A DNA stretch of 64,000 bases from positions 96,001 to 160,000 of the IMG/VR virus record IMGVR_UViG_3300032280_000442; one strand, 5' to 3'. Positions 36,922 to 46,564 of the stretch are shown here, one piece after another. Source of the stretch: a virus. Lineage: Duplodnaviria; Caudoviricetes. Below the pieces are notes generated by a model that ran no database searches, had not been told where the DNA came from, and saw nothing but the letters and a program-made list of their open reading frames with translations. Position numbers and translations under genes: made by a program. How positions within the stretch are numbered: position 1 is the stretch's first letter; each line of letters opens with the position of its first letter.

Positions 36922-37190
36922 ACTGTTTGTGGTGTTACGACCTCATCATCTGTTACATTCATTTGATTGATATCACCATTAACAATTTCATCTGAAATAA
37001 TCTCAGTGTTAATATCCATCATCTCACCGTTTTCATTTTGATATTGAGCTTTCAACTCCTCCATTTGTTTCTCAAACATTTCAGTATATTCTGCTTGAGC
37101 TTTCTTTCTTAATCCTCTAAGAGCGTTGTTTCTTGTTGTTACTCTTACTTTGTGAGCCTTTGCTCCACCACGTAATTTTGACTTTGGCAT
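36918..37190 (-). CDS. Hypothetical protein (basic N-terminus, acidic C-terminus)
   Basis: 90 aa ORF. Confidence 0.7.
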   Translation of the reverse strand: MPKSKLRGGAKAHKVRVTTRNNALRGLRKKAQAEYTEMFEKQMEELKAQYQNENGEMMDINTEIISDEIVNGDINQMNVTDDEVVTPQTV

Positions 37191-37206
37191 AATTGTTTTT
37201 ATTTAT

Positions 37207-37731
37207 TTAATTGTTATTTATTTCGTTATTCATTTGTTCTCGTATTTCCTCCAATGTTATTCCCGGTTCACTATTAATTCGTTCCTTAACCACACTAGTC
37301 AGTCTATCAATAATGTCTTGACCTAAGTTCTTATCTCTATCAGATAATCCCATATGATTAGGACTCTCACCACCTTCATCATCATTACGATAATAATCCA
37401 ACCAATCCGGTCTTTCTTGAACTTTAATACTCTCAACTTTCTTAATCATTTTTTGAACTTCCGTTTCAGACCCTTTTAACATTTTAGATATCTGAACCTT
37501 TCGTTCAATATTTCTAAACCTATTATAATAATCGTTAGTCTTCGCTCCGTGGAAGTTAATATCGGTTTTATTATCTTCCAAATAATATATGATATCAACA
37601 ATTTCATCACTGTCATCATTAATCCCCATATCATTTACCAACTGAAAGAAATCATCACATTTAATAATCTTTCTTGTCTCAGTTTTATCTCTCAAAAACT
37701 TAATTACAAAGTCACCTAACTTACTTTCCAT
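37207..37731 (-). CDS. Hypothetical protein
   Basis: 174 aa ORF. Confidence 0.7.
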   Translation of the reverse strand: MESKLGDFVIKFLRDKTETRKIIKCDDFFQLVNDMGINDDSDEIVDIIYYLEDNKTDINFHGAKTNDYYNRFRNIERKVQISKMLKGSETEVQKMIKKVESIKVQERPDWLDYYRNDDEGGESPNHMGLSDRDKNLGQDIIDRLTSVVKERINSEPGITLEEIREQMNNEINNN

Positions 37732-37734
37732 ACT

Positions 37735-38085
37735 TTAATTTTTTGCAGGTCTATTTTCCTCAAACCATTCCACAATAGCATTTATTGCCCATACCGCTCC
37801 GGATGATAGAATTCCATCAAAGAACCAACTAATCCATAGTGGTGTACCAAACAATACAAATGTTGGTGAGAACACGGTTAATGATAAGAACCAACCTCCG
37901 TGAAAACTAAAACACATTGGGCAGGTTAATATACCTGAGATAAAGCTCCCTATTCTTTTGAAAGGTGCGTGTTGTGAATCCCCCCAATTTTTAAAGAAGT
38001 TTCTAACTCCTTGAAAGATTGACCCGTAGACCATAATGTTCATAAGCCCGTAGCTTAAAATGAACCAAGTTAAAATGTAAATCAT
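37735..38085 (-). CDS. DUF1360-like membrane protein
   Basis: TM helices around LTCPMCFSFHGGW. Confidence 0.65.
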   Translation of the reverse strand: MIYILTWFILSYGLMNIMVYGSIFQGVRNFFKNWGDSQHAPFKRIGSFISGILTCPMCFSFHGGWFLSLTVFSPTFVLFGTPLWISWFFDGILSSGAVWAINAIVEWFEENRPAKN

Positions 38086-38086
38086 A

Positions 38087-38512
38087 TTATATATTATTTT
38101 GTTTATTTATTTTTTCAAGTTCTTCAATCCTTGTGTTTTTTAAAGATAGTTCTTTTCTAAGTTTCTGTAAAGTTTCTTGGAGAAGTTTAACCTTATTATT
38201 TACTTGAGTTTCGTCCCCAATTTTATCTATATTTGGGACGGGAACTTCTACTATAATTTCTTTAATGACCTCAACCTCTTTAATAACTTCCACCGGAACT
38301 TCTACCCGTATTTCACGGATTACTTCAATTTCTACCTGTTTTTCACCAACAATATCCGTTTTTTCTGAATCATCACCAAGTAAACCATATTTTTCAATGT
38401 TCAAACCATTGGTAAAACATTTAGATATAAATTTCTCGACATCCTCAATATTGTTTAACTTACAATATTCTTGAACTAATGTTAATTGATTAGTTGTTAG
38501 TTTGACTTCCAC
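38087..38512 (-). CDS. Hypothetical protein with VEVP repeats
   Basis: EYCKLNNIED..IEKYG then VEV(I/P) repeats and coiled coil. Confidence 0.7.
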   Translation of the reverse strand: MEVKLTTNQLTLVQEYCKLNNIEDVEKFISKCFTNGLNIEKYGLLGDDSEKTDIVGEKQVEIEVIREIRVEVPVEVIKEVEVIKEIIVEVPVPNIDKIGDETQVNNKVKLLQETLQKLRKELSLKNTRIEELEKINKQNNI

Positions 38513-39287
38513 TGTTAACTAATTTTTCAGTTCCATTTATTATATCATCAAATGATTTCATCTTAAATGATAAGAAAGGTTTTGGATTATCCAAATCAAC
38601 AAATGAATAATCATCTGTTTCAAGATTATAGATTCCGAATCCGTGTTTGGTTATTGTCTCACCATAGTTCTGTTGGATTGTTGAACCCACCATATACGCT
38701 TTCTTACCTCCCGGGATGTTGAAGATTTGTCTTTTGTGAATATCCCCACATAAAACCAAATCACATCCGTTAAACTTATCTGTTTCAAACCCGGTTTCAA
38801 ACTTATATCCAATATCAGTTGTTAATCCCTGAACTGGTCCGTGAAATAAACCAATCTTTAATCTACCCGTATTTTCAATCTCAGGTGGAATGTTATGGTC
38901 AAGTAATGAATACACCACCCAATCAACATTATCGTCCTCGTATTCACCTCTGTTCTTCAAATAAACGATGTTATCATTCTTTAATGAATCAATTACTGGT
39001 GTTAAGGCATCCAACCTTGATGAGTTGGACTCCAAAAAATCGTGATTACCTATTATGACAATCGTTTTGGCAATTTGAGAACACTCCGTAAGAACCCAAG
39101 CCACAAACTCAATAAGTTCAGGTGTCATTTGGTTCTTAGAATGAACTAGGTCTCCGGTGAAGACAATTCTATCCGGAACAATCTCTCTGAATTGTTCCAA
39201 CATATTATTCAAGATACCTCTGTATAAGTCGTGGTCTTTAAATAATCTTATATGTAAGTCACTAAAGTGAACTAATTTTTTTATCAT
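38490..39287 (-). CDS. sbcD: SbcD/Mre11 (gp47-like) metallophosphoesterase nuclease
   Basis: SDLH, GDLVH, GNHD, FHG, GDIHK, GSTIQQNYGE; start reassigned to MIKKLVHF. Confidence 0.92.
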   Translation of the reverse strand: MIKKLVHFSDLHIRLFKDHDLYRGILNNMLEQFREIVPDRIVFTGDLVHSKNQMTPELIEFVAWVLTECSQIAKTIVIIGNHDFLESNSSRLDALTPVIDSLKNDNIVYLKNRGEYEDDNVDWVVYSLLDHNIPPEIENTGRLKIGLFHGPVQGLTTDIGYKFETGFETDKFNGCDLVLCGDIHKRQIFNIPGGKKAYMVGSTIQQNYGETITKHGFGIYNLETDDYSFVDLDNPKPFLSFKMKSFDDIINGTEKLVNSGSQTNN

Positions 39288-39288
39288 C

Positions 39289-39504
39289 TTATTTGTCAAA
39301 TAATTTAAACTCCTCATTTACGTGACCACAATCGTCACATCTGTAAGTTGGAAACGGAACAATAGTGTCTTCCGAACTTCCTGTTAACAATTTGTTAACT
39401 TTTTTTATCATAACAACTTCTTTGAAGTAGATACTGTCACACTCCTCACATACTAATGTTGGTTGTTGTTTTAAATCAATCTTTGGTTTTAATAAATCGT
39501 CCAT
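39289..39504 (-). CDS. Small zinc-ribbon protein
   Basis: CEEC and CDDCGH. Confidence 0.75.
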   Translation of the reverse strand: MDDLLKPKIDLKQQPTLVCEECDSIYFKEVVMIKKVNKLLTGSSEDTIVPFPTYRCDDCGHVNEEFKLFDK

Positions 39505-39532
39505 ATTCTTTTTTTATAAATTTAGTTTATTT

Positions 39533-40396
39533 TTATTTCTTTGTCAAATACTTTGACATATCCATTTCCAAGATAGTGTCTTGAACTGTCTTTGGAACAC
39601 GGAACTCTTCATATTGTCCAATTTCTTTAACAAGGACAATTACACACCCATACAATTTAATGTTTTCGTATTTGGTTCCTTGTAACATTTTAATAAGAAG
39701 TTTCCCGTAAAACGGTAATTGAGTGAAGTAATGACCCAACGCATTGTTTGGTAACTTATCAAATGGGTAATACATTTTTTTGGTAAAATGATTCTCTTCA
39801 AAATTTTTCGGTTTATTACTTTTCCAGTCTGTTATGACCAATCCAAACTCGGTTTGTTCCTTATTCATAATTAACCACACCTTATCCGGTTGTCCTGTAT
39901 ACTTCAACTCAGGGTCACCCAATACAATCTCAGTATCCAATAACACGGCACCCCTCTCAACCATAAGGTTTAGATATGTAGTACCTGCCGATATCATACT
40001 ATCCCCCTTTAATATTTGTGTAAAGTCACATTCAAAAATGGGTTGTCTCACTTCTTTATAATCCCCAAACATCTCAATGGTTTTCTTTTCCAACATATAG
40101 TGAACTCTACTTCCCATATTGGTTGAGTAATCTCCTGCCGCCTTCCACTCATCTAATAGTTGTTGTTGAACCTCAGGGTCACCTTTAGCCTTCTTTAGTG
40201 AGATACCTTCCGTATCAAACTCTTCGTAAAAGTATTTCATCACTTTACTAACGGAGGGATAATCACTTCGGATTACACCGGTTTCATCCTTCATATAATA
40301 AGTGTGGGTGTCCTCAACGAATGTTAACTCAAGTTCCTCTCTTCGTTTATCTAATAATCCTCTTATTTCTTTTGCAACCTCATTTAAATCTATCAT
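39533..40396 (-). CDS. PD-(D/E)XK exonuclease (Cas4/RecB-like)
   Basis: HTY..SVS, GSRVH, E, GQPD, DWKS, QL.FY. Confidence 0.85.
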   Translation of the reverse strand: MIDLNEVAKEIRGLLDKRREELELTFVEDTHTYYMKDETGVIRSDYPSVSKVMKYFYEEFDTEGISLKKAKGDPEVQQQLLDEWKAAGDYSTNMGSRVHYMLEKKTIEMFGDYKEVRQPIFECDFTQILKGDSMISAGTTYLNLMVERGAVLLDTEIVLGDPELKYTGQPDKVWLIMNKEQTEFGLVITDWKSNKPKNFEENHFTKKMYYPFDKLPNNALGHYFTQLPFYGKLLIKMLQGTKYENIKLYGCVIVLVKEIGQYEEFRVPKTVQDTILEMDMSKYLTKK

Positions 40397-41296
40397 CTAT
40401 TTCATTTTATAAAAGTAATCACTGATGTCACCCCTTAAATCGGCAACATCGGCATCACCCGTTAATTTTATTATTTTAACCTTACCATATAATCTCCCGC
40501 CATTTAAGTTGTGGAATAGTTTTACACCATCATTCCAAGCGTCACTATCCAAACAAATAATTATATTCCCATTTGCTTTCTCGTATAATGTATTAAGTAA
40601 TAGGTCGGACATATGTTTTCCCAACATAGCGATACTATTAGGTAAGAATATCGCATCAAACGCTCCTTCACAAAGATGAATGTCGGCATTCCAATTGATT
40701 GTACTTTCAAAAAAAATTATATCATCTTTTGATGCCTCAGGATTTTTGTATTTGGCTCTTGAGTTCGGGTCCCAACTTCGGGCAATAAAATAGTTCAACT
40801 CATCCTTACTATCATAGGATGGTATAATAATCCTTCCTGAGAATGCTCCACTATCACAGAATCCGATACCATACTTCTCAATAATCTTATCGGTAATACC
40901 TCTTTGAGTTAAGTAGTTATACGCCTGACGACGAACCGGATAAACTAAACTACTATCTTTGAATTTGGTAAATCCTTCAGGTAGTTTTAATTTAGTAACT
41001 CGTTTCTCTTTTGGTTTGTGATTTTCCGGTTGAAGTAAGTTGTAGATTTTTTTCTGTTTCTTATTACCAAAAGTATCTATAAGTTTTCCAAGAGGTCCTT
41101 TGGTATTATTTTCATCACCACAACTCCAACATTTATAAACGTGTTCAAAGTAATTTACCTCCATATTTCCTTTGTGCTGGTCTTCATCGCATACAGGACA
41201 GTCAAAAGATATTTGACCCTTTGACTCATAGTGAAGTTTTTCATCACCTAAGATATCGTGTAATATCTCCAATAAAATTTCCGCATCATCTGACAT
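40397..41296 (-). CDS. DNA primase (zinc finger + Toprim)
   Basis: CPVC..CWSC, RIIIP, KYKNP, EGAFD, LDSDA; promoter TTTG-N19-TATCTTTG 41302-41332. Confidence 0.9.
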   Translation of the reverse strand: MSDDAEILLEILHDILGDEKLHYESKGQISFDCPVCDEDQHKGNMEVNYFEHVYKCWSCGDENNTKGPLGKLIDTFGNKKQKKIYNLLQPENHKPKEKRVTKLKLPEGFTKFKDSSLVYPVRRQAYNYLTQRGITDKIIEKYGIGFCDSGAFSGRIIIPSYDSKDELNYFIARSWDPNSRAKYKNPEASKDDIIFFESTINWNADIHLCEGAFDAIFLPNSIAMLGKHMSDLLLNTLYEKANGNIIICLDSDAWNDGVKLFHNLNGGRLYGKVKIIKLTGDADVADLRGDISDYFYKMK

Positions 41297-41384
41297 ATAA
41301 GCAAAGATACGAATAAAATTATTATTATCAAAACTTTATTAGTTTTTTAATCCTCTTATATTTATGATAATAACTTTTAAACAG

Positions 41385-41606
41385 ATGCCAACAAATATTA
41401 ACATCAATAACATATCAGGAGCAACACCCTTCAATCTTTATCTATGCGACCAAACAAACATTACTTGCATTTATATAGACACAATCCCATCATCGTCGTT
41501 ACCTTATAATTTTCAGGTCCCATCGATATTGGAATACAACCCATCTTATAATTTAAAAGTTGTTGATAATAATGGTTGTACATCAATCTTAAATATCTTA
41601 ATTTAA
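41385..41606 (+). CDS. Small structural module protein
   Basis: Start MPTNININNISG after TATTTAT 41359-41365; paralogous to N-terminus of 43371 ORF. Confidence 0.7.
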   Translation: MPTNININNISGATPFNLYLCDQTNITCIYIDTIPSSSLPYNFQVPSILEYNPSYNLKVVDNNGCTSILNILI

Positions 41607-41607
41607 T

Positions 41608-43359
41608 ATGCCTTGTAATTCTACATATTGTATAAAAAACACCGGATTAGTTGGTGCTGATGATAACTACATAACAGGTGGGACCTATAATGGTTACACA
41701 TATTGGACGGGCCAAACAAGTGGTTGGACTATATACCACACAACGGGAACAACAAATTATTGGTGCTTATCTAATACATTAGGAGGAACTTGTTATTTAA
41801 CAGGTAAATCACCTTGTACTAGTACTTGTCCTGACTTATCAAGTATCTATGTTTTTAGTGGAGCGTGTCCAACACCAACTCCAACACCAACACAGAATTG
41901 TGAAGTATTTGATTTTACCGCAATATTTAATTGTGATTTTATACCAACACCAACTCCAACACCAAGTGCTAGTCTAACACCAACACCTACGGTAACACCT
42001 TCATCGACTAATTTTTGTTCAATTATTGGTATTAGTGCTAGTGGATATACTTACACTTCAACACCCACACCTACACCTACGGTAACACCTACAATGTATG
42101 ATGAAAACACATTAAAAAAACTACCCTTTTATTCACCATTAATATCTCGTAATTGTCCGGTATTTGGGTTTGCAAATTTTTCAGCAATAACAGGACAAAT
42201 TATTTGTCCGGGAGCTTTAAAATTCCAAGATTGTTACGATACAGACCAATTTTACTATACTAATGATGTTACAGGATTGTTACCGGGTATTTATCTTGAA
42301 CAATACGCAATCTATTCCGCTATTGTAAATAATAACGGTGTTATTTCCACAAGATGTATCTCATATTTTGGTTATGATTATGACCACGGAAATATCAACA
42401 CTATACATATTACTAACTCAAATTCATATGGTCTATCTACTCAAGGAGCTTGTATACTTTGTGAAAGCGCTATTGTACCAACCCCAACACCTACTCACAC
42501 ACCAACAATGACTAAAACACCTACTTTAACACCTACACCAACGGTAACAACTACAACAACTACAACACCAACTTACACACCAACTCAAACTCCAACAAGA
42601 ACTATTGGTGCAACACCTTCGATGACACCTACTCAAACTACAACTCCAACAGTAACCACAACACCAACTAAAACACCAACGTTAACACCAACATCATCAA
42701 ATACTAATTTACCTTGTTTTGGTTACTTATATAACTTCTACTCTATTGAAGGTACAGGTACTCAATCTATAACAAGTAGTAATAGTTGGTCAGTTCCAAG
42801 TGCTACTGATTTCAATACATTATCTGTATCTGTTGGTGGTAACGCTAACTCACTAAAATTAGTTGATGTTACAACATATTGGAATTCACTCAATACCTCC
42901 GCAACTAATTCATCCGGATTTAACGGTATAGGTGGTGGAAACAGAAATATTACTAGTGGATTTTATGGACAAAAACTATTAAGTAGTTACATATCACGAA
43001 CTTCCTATTCATTAAATGAATGTGTTTATATGTCTTTAGGCACCAATAGTAATATTATACTTATTGGAGGTGCACCATCTAAAATTAACGGTTTTGCAAT
43101 TAGATTAGTTAAAAATTCAACAACATTAACACCAGGTCAAACAGGAACATATGTTGGTAATGATGGAAAAACATATAACACAATTTGTATTGGAACTCAA
43201 GAGTGGATGTCTCAAGATTTAAGGGAAACTTTATACAGAGGTTTAACTTCAATACCAAATGTTACAGACCAAACTTCTTGGTTTAATTTAACAACCGGAG
43301 CATATTGTATTTATAACAATAATCCATATTTTGTTGGTGGTTGTATTCCACCATCTTAA
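41608..43359 (+). CDS. Cys-rich Thr-Pro-repeat fibre protein with permuted FISUMP (Fib_succ_major) domain
   Basis: TPTP runs; GYLYNF, WSVPS, TNSSGF..GG.R, IRLVK, IGTQEWMSQDL. Confidence 0.7.
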   Translation: MPCNSTYCIKNTGLVGADDNYITGGTYNGYTYWTGQTSGWTIYHTTGTTNYWCLSNTLGGTCYLTGKSPCTSTCPDLSSIYVFSGACPTPTPTPTQNCEVFDFTAIFNCDFIPTPTPTPSASLTPTPTVTPSSTNFCSIIGISASGYTYTSTPTPTPTVTPTMYDENTLKKLPFYSPLISRNCPVFGFANFSAITGQIICPGALKFQDCYDTDQFYYTNDVTGLLPGIYLEQYAIYSAIVNNNGVISTRCISYFGYDYDHGNINTIHITNSNSYGLSTQGACILCESAIVPTPTPTHTPTMTKTPTLTPTPTVTTTTTTTPTYTPTQTPTRTIGATPSMTPTQTTTPTVTTTPTKTPTLTPTSSNTNLPCFGYLYNFYSIEGTGTQSITSSNSWSVPSATDFNTLSVSVGGNANSLKLVDVTTYWNSLNTSATNSSGFNGIGGGNRNITSGFYGQKLLSSYISRTSYSLNECVYMSLGTNSNIILIGGAPSKINGFAIRLVKNSTTLTPGQTGTYVGNDGKTYNTICIGTQEWMSQDLRETLYRGLTSIPNVTDQTSWFNLTTGAYCIYNNNPYFVGGCIPPS

Positions 43360-43370
43360 TAAATTAATAT

Positions 43371-46259
43371 ATGACATCAATAATTTTAACTAACATATCA
43401 GGTTTAACTTACCCATATGACATTTACGTATGTGATGTCTATGGTAATAATTGTGGTTATGTTTCACAAGTTATTTCATCAATTCCACCAACAATAGAAA
43501 TTGTTTTACCACCCCCATTTAATATGGCACCTGCGGTCGGTATTAAAATTATTACATCAGATAAATGTGAGAGATTTAGAGTTATTGATTGTATTAATGT
43601 TGTACCTGTTATCGTTGATTGTTCTAGTTATATTACTACAGGAGGTACGGATATATTTAAATACAATATTGACACTAATGCGTTAACCCTTCTAACGTTC
43701 CCATCATTACCATCAATTAGTGATATCGCGAACAATAGTAATAAATTTTGGATTACAGATGTTAATAACCCTCAAGAAATAACAGAGTATTACATTAACC
43801 CAACACCATTTGTTGCAATATTTAATAGAATACTATATCCGTCGAAACCTTTATTAGGATTATGTGTTAAAGATGATAATACTTTAATTTCAACAATAAC
43901 CGGAGCAACTGTCGGAGCATCCTATATTGTTGTTGAAGTAGATTTAACAACAACAATTCCAACAATCACTAATAAATTTTCATTACCGGGAACTGGTAGG
44001 ATACTTGGTGGTGATTTATATTATTTTCCAACTACAGGTAAATTATTTGTTGCAAATATTGGTTCAGGTAATACTTACTTAACTCAATATAATTATTCTA
44101 CCGGAACATTAGAATATGATACAATACTTAACCCATCAATTACAGGTGTTTATGGGTTGTCCTCAAAAAATAGTGACCTTTATCTTTTTGAATACTCGAC
44201 AGGGAAGGTATACCGTCTTGACAATATAACAATACCAACATTTACTTTAGTTCAAACAACAATTCCGGGTGTTGGCGCCGCATCATCAGATGTTAATTGT
44301 GTTATTTTTGCAACACCAACACCAACCCCAACAAATACAAATACTCCAACACCAACTCTAACACCAAACCTTTCACCATCAATAACACCAACAAACACTA
44401 CAACCCCGACATTAACACCAACAAATACGTCAACACCTACCTTGACACCAACAAACACTACAACCCCAACATTAACACCGACTAACACCACAACTCCAAC
44501 AAATACTATAACACCAACAAGAACTGTAACACCTACTATAACACCAACAAGAACTGTAACCCCTACTGTGACACCAACCAACACCATAACTTCTACCGTA
44601 ACACCAACATTAACCGTAACACCAACAGTAACACCAACAAATACTACAACACCTACCTTGACACCAACAAATACTACAACACCTACCTTGACACCAACAT
44701 CATCATCTGTTTGTTTATCTCCGGTTATCACTAATGTTACACCAATAAGTTCTAGTTTTTTATTAGTTTATTTTACACCGTCATCTAATTGTAATTCAAT
44801 ATTTTTACAATATTCGTATGATAATATCTATTGGTATTATGGTGCCGTAACTCCAAATGATTGTACATCACCATCCAGTTTTAATTCACTAACCACAACC
44901 AATACCGTATATGTTAAAATTGGTCAAGTATGTAGTGTTGGAGGTATTAGTGTATATTCTAATATTTTATCTTACACATTCCCAACCCCTACTCCTACAC
45001 CAACAAGTACTGTCACACCAACGTTGACTCCAACAAATACGCAAACAATAACACCAACAAGAACTGTAACTCCAACAACAACACCAACGTTATCCGCAAC
45101 ACCAACGTTGACACCAACAAATACGCAAACAATAACACCAACAAGAACTGTAACTCCAACAACAACACCAACAAATACGCAAACAATAACACCAACAAGA
45201 ACTGTAACTCCAACAACAACACCAACAAATACGCAAACAATAACACCAACAAGAACTGTAACACCAACTGTAACGCCTACTATAACACCGTCAATTACAC
45301 CTACTATGACTCCGACAAACACACCAACACCGACTGAAACTCAATCAATACTTTGTGAATGTTATACATTAACAAATATTAATACGGGTATGACATTTAT
45401 TGATTCTACAACTTTCCAATATATTGATTGTAGTGGTGTCACTCAAAATATCGCAGCAACTTTTGGAGGTTCAGTAGATGTTTGTTCACAAAATGTCCCT
45501 GTAAGAATCTTAGGTGACCCAGGAAGTGTTGGTCTGTCATCATTTAATTGTTGTGCGGTACCAATTTCATTAGGATATAGAGTGACAGATGCGACGTGTG
45601 TATCTTCTGGTTGGACCTTAGTTGACCTATGTGCAAATAATTCCACAACAAGTTTATGTGATGCAACAGTGTTATATCAATCGGATATTGATGGCAATTG
45701 TACCTTTGCCTCAGCATCTGCGGGTTATTATAAAACCACTGATAACATTAGTAGAAGATATTGGGATGGTCTAACATTCCCTGCCGCTTGTTATGGATGT
45801 GGTTGTCTTGTTTCCAATACAATAATAACATTATCGGATGGGTCTACCAAATTAATACAAGATATTCAAGTGAATGATGTACTTAAATCTATTGATGTGT
45901 CAGGAATGCCTCAACCTGCCGATGAGTGGTACTCTTGGAGTAGTAATACATTGAATTACGTTGATTCAACATCGACAGTAATTAATTTTACAACATACGA
46001 ATTTGATTCAGTTGTTAACATTAATAATAGTAGATTAATTGCTACTGATTCTCATAACCACGTTGTTAAACAAAATGGTGTTTGGTACATCAGAACAACG
46101 TCTGAATTAAATATTGGCGATATATTGTTAGATATAGATAATACCGAATTTGAAATCACATCATTAGTTACAATCACAGAACCAACAACAGTTTATGATA
46201 TTGACGTTAATAATAGTAACTTATATTTTGCGAATAATGTCTTAACTCACAATAAATAA
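43371..46259 (+). CDS. Thr-Pro-repeat fibre protein with beta-propeller-like region and C-terminal Hint domain
   Basis: Two long TPT tracts; CLVSNTIITLSDG..I..I..ND..VYDIDV..LYFANNVLTHNK. Confidence 0.8.
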   Translation: MTSIILTNISGLTYPYDIYVCDVYGNNCGYVSQVISSIPPTIEIVLPPPFNMAPAVGIKIITSDKCERFRVIDCINVVPVIVDCSSYITTGGTDIFKYNIDTNALTLLTFPSLPSISDIANNSNKFWITDVNNPQEITEYYINPTPFVAIFNRILYPSKPLLGLCVKDDNTLISTITGATVGASYIVVEVDLTTTIPTITNKFSLPGTGRILGGDLYYFPTTGKLFVANIGSGNTYLTQYNYSTGTLEYDTILNPSITGVYGLSSKNSDLYLFEYSTGKVYRLDNITIPTFTLVQTTIPGVGAASSDVNCVIFATPTPTPTNTNTPTPTLTPNLSPSITPTNTTTPTLTPTNTSTPTLTPTNTTTPTLTPTNTTTPTNTITPTRTVTPTITPTRTVTPTVTPTNTITSTVTPTLTVTPTVTPTNTTTPTLTPTNTTTPTLTPTSSSVCLSPVITNVTPISSSFLLVYFTPSSNCNSIFLQYSYDNIYWYYGAVTPNDCTSPSSFNSLTTTNTVYVKIGQVCSVGGISVYSNILSYTFPTPTPTPTSTVTPTLTPTNTQTITPTRTVTPTTTPTLSATPTLTPTNTQTITPTRTVTPTTTPTNTQTITPTRTVTPTTTPTNTQTITPTRTVTPTVTPTITPSITPTMTPTNTPTPTETQSILCECYTLTNINTGMTFIDSTTFQYIDCSGVTQNIAATFGGSVDVCSQNVPVRILGDPGSVGLSSFNCCAVPISLGYRVTDATCVSSGWTLVDLCANNSTTSLCDATVLYQSDIDGNCTFASASAGYYKTTDNISRRYWDGLTFPAACYGCGCLVSNTIITLSDGSTKLIQDIQVNDVLKSIDVSGMPQPADEWYSWSSNTLNYVDSTSTVINFTTYEFDSVVNINNSRLIATDSHNHVVKQNGVWYIRTTSELNIGDILLDIDNTEFEITSLVTITEPTTVYDIDVNNSNLYFANNVLTHNK
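45027..45262 (+). repeat. 54-bp coding tandem repeat (TPTNTQTITPTRTVTPTT)
   Basis: Near-identical units at 45027, 45111, 45165, 45219. Confidence 0.85.
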
Positions 46260-46278
46260 TAACTTAGTATTATTATTT

Positions 46279-46461
46279 TTATAAAGTTTTGTCTTTAGGA
46301 TTTCTTCCTAAATTTTCGTATATCCTTAGAAGTTTTAAGGATTCGTAGTAATTTTTTTCCAATCTATCAAGTTCCTTCTCAGGAACACCTCTGTCACACG
46401 CCAATTCATAAGCCTCTTTTGCCTCTGTAACAACATTAGATATTGTATCAATCAGTTTCAT
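46279..46461 (-). CDS. Small protein with VVTE leader
   Basis: Start reassigned to MKLIDTISNVVTEAK after TATTTATA 46465-46472. Confidence 0.65.
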   Translation of the reverse strand: MKLIDTISNVVTEAKEAYELACDRGVPEKELDRLEKNYYESLKLLRIYENLGRNPKDKTL

Positions 46462-46564
46462 ACTTATAAATATCGTCCAACTCACCATTTATTAACAACA
46501 AATGTCAATTATATTTTAATAAAATCAAACTTTAGATTATTTATAGTAAAATAAAATTCATATA

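Noticed and set aside
41608-43359. Diversity-generating retroelement targeting the FISUMP domain
   Set aside because: No reverse transcriptase or template repeat visible in this window
44252-45322. Minus-strand Val-Gly repeat ORFs (44252-44731, 44972-45322, 45013-45267), and similar ones at 51295 and 54994
   Set aside because: Antisense or off-frame shadows of the Thr-Pro codon repeats in real genes
44310-45330. Tandem repeats considered as a CRISPR array
   Set aside because: In-frame coding repeats without unique spacers; no cas operon. The 39533 nuclease is a stand-alone PD-(D/E)XK enzyme in a replication cluster
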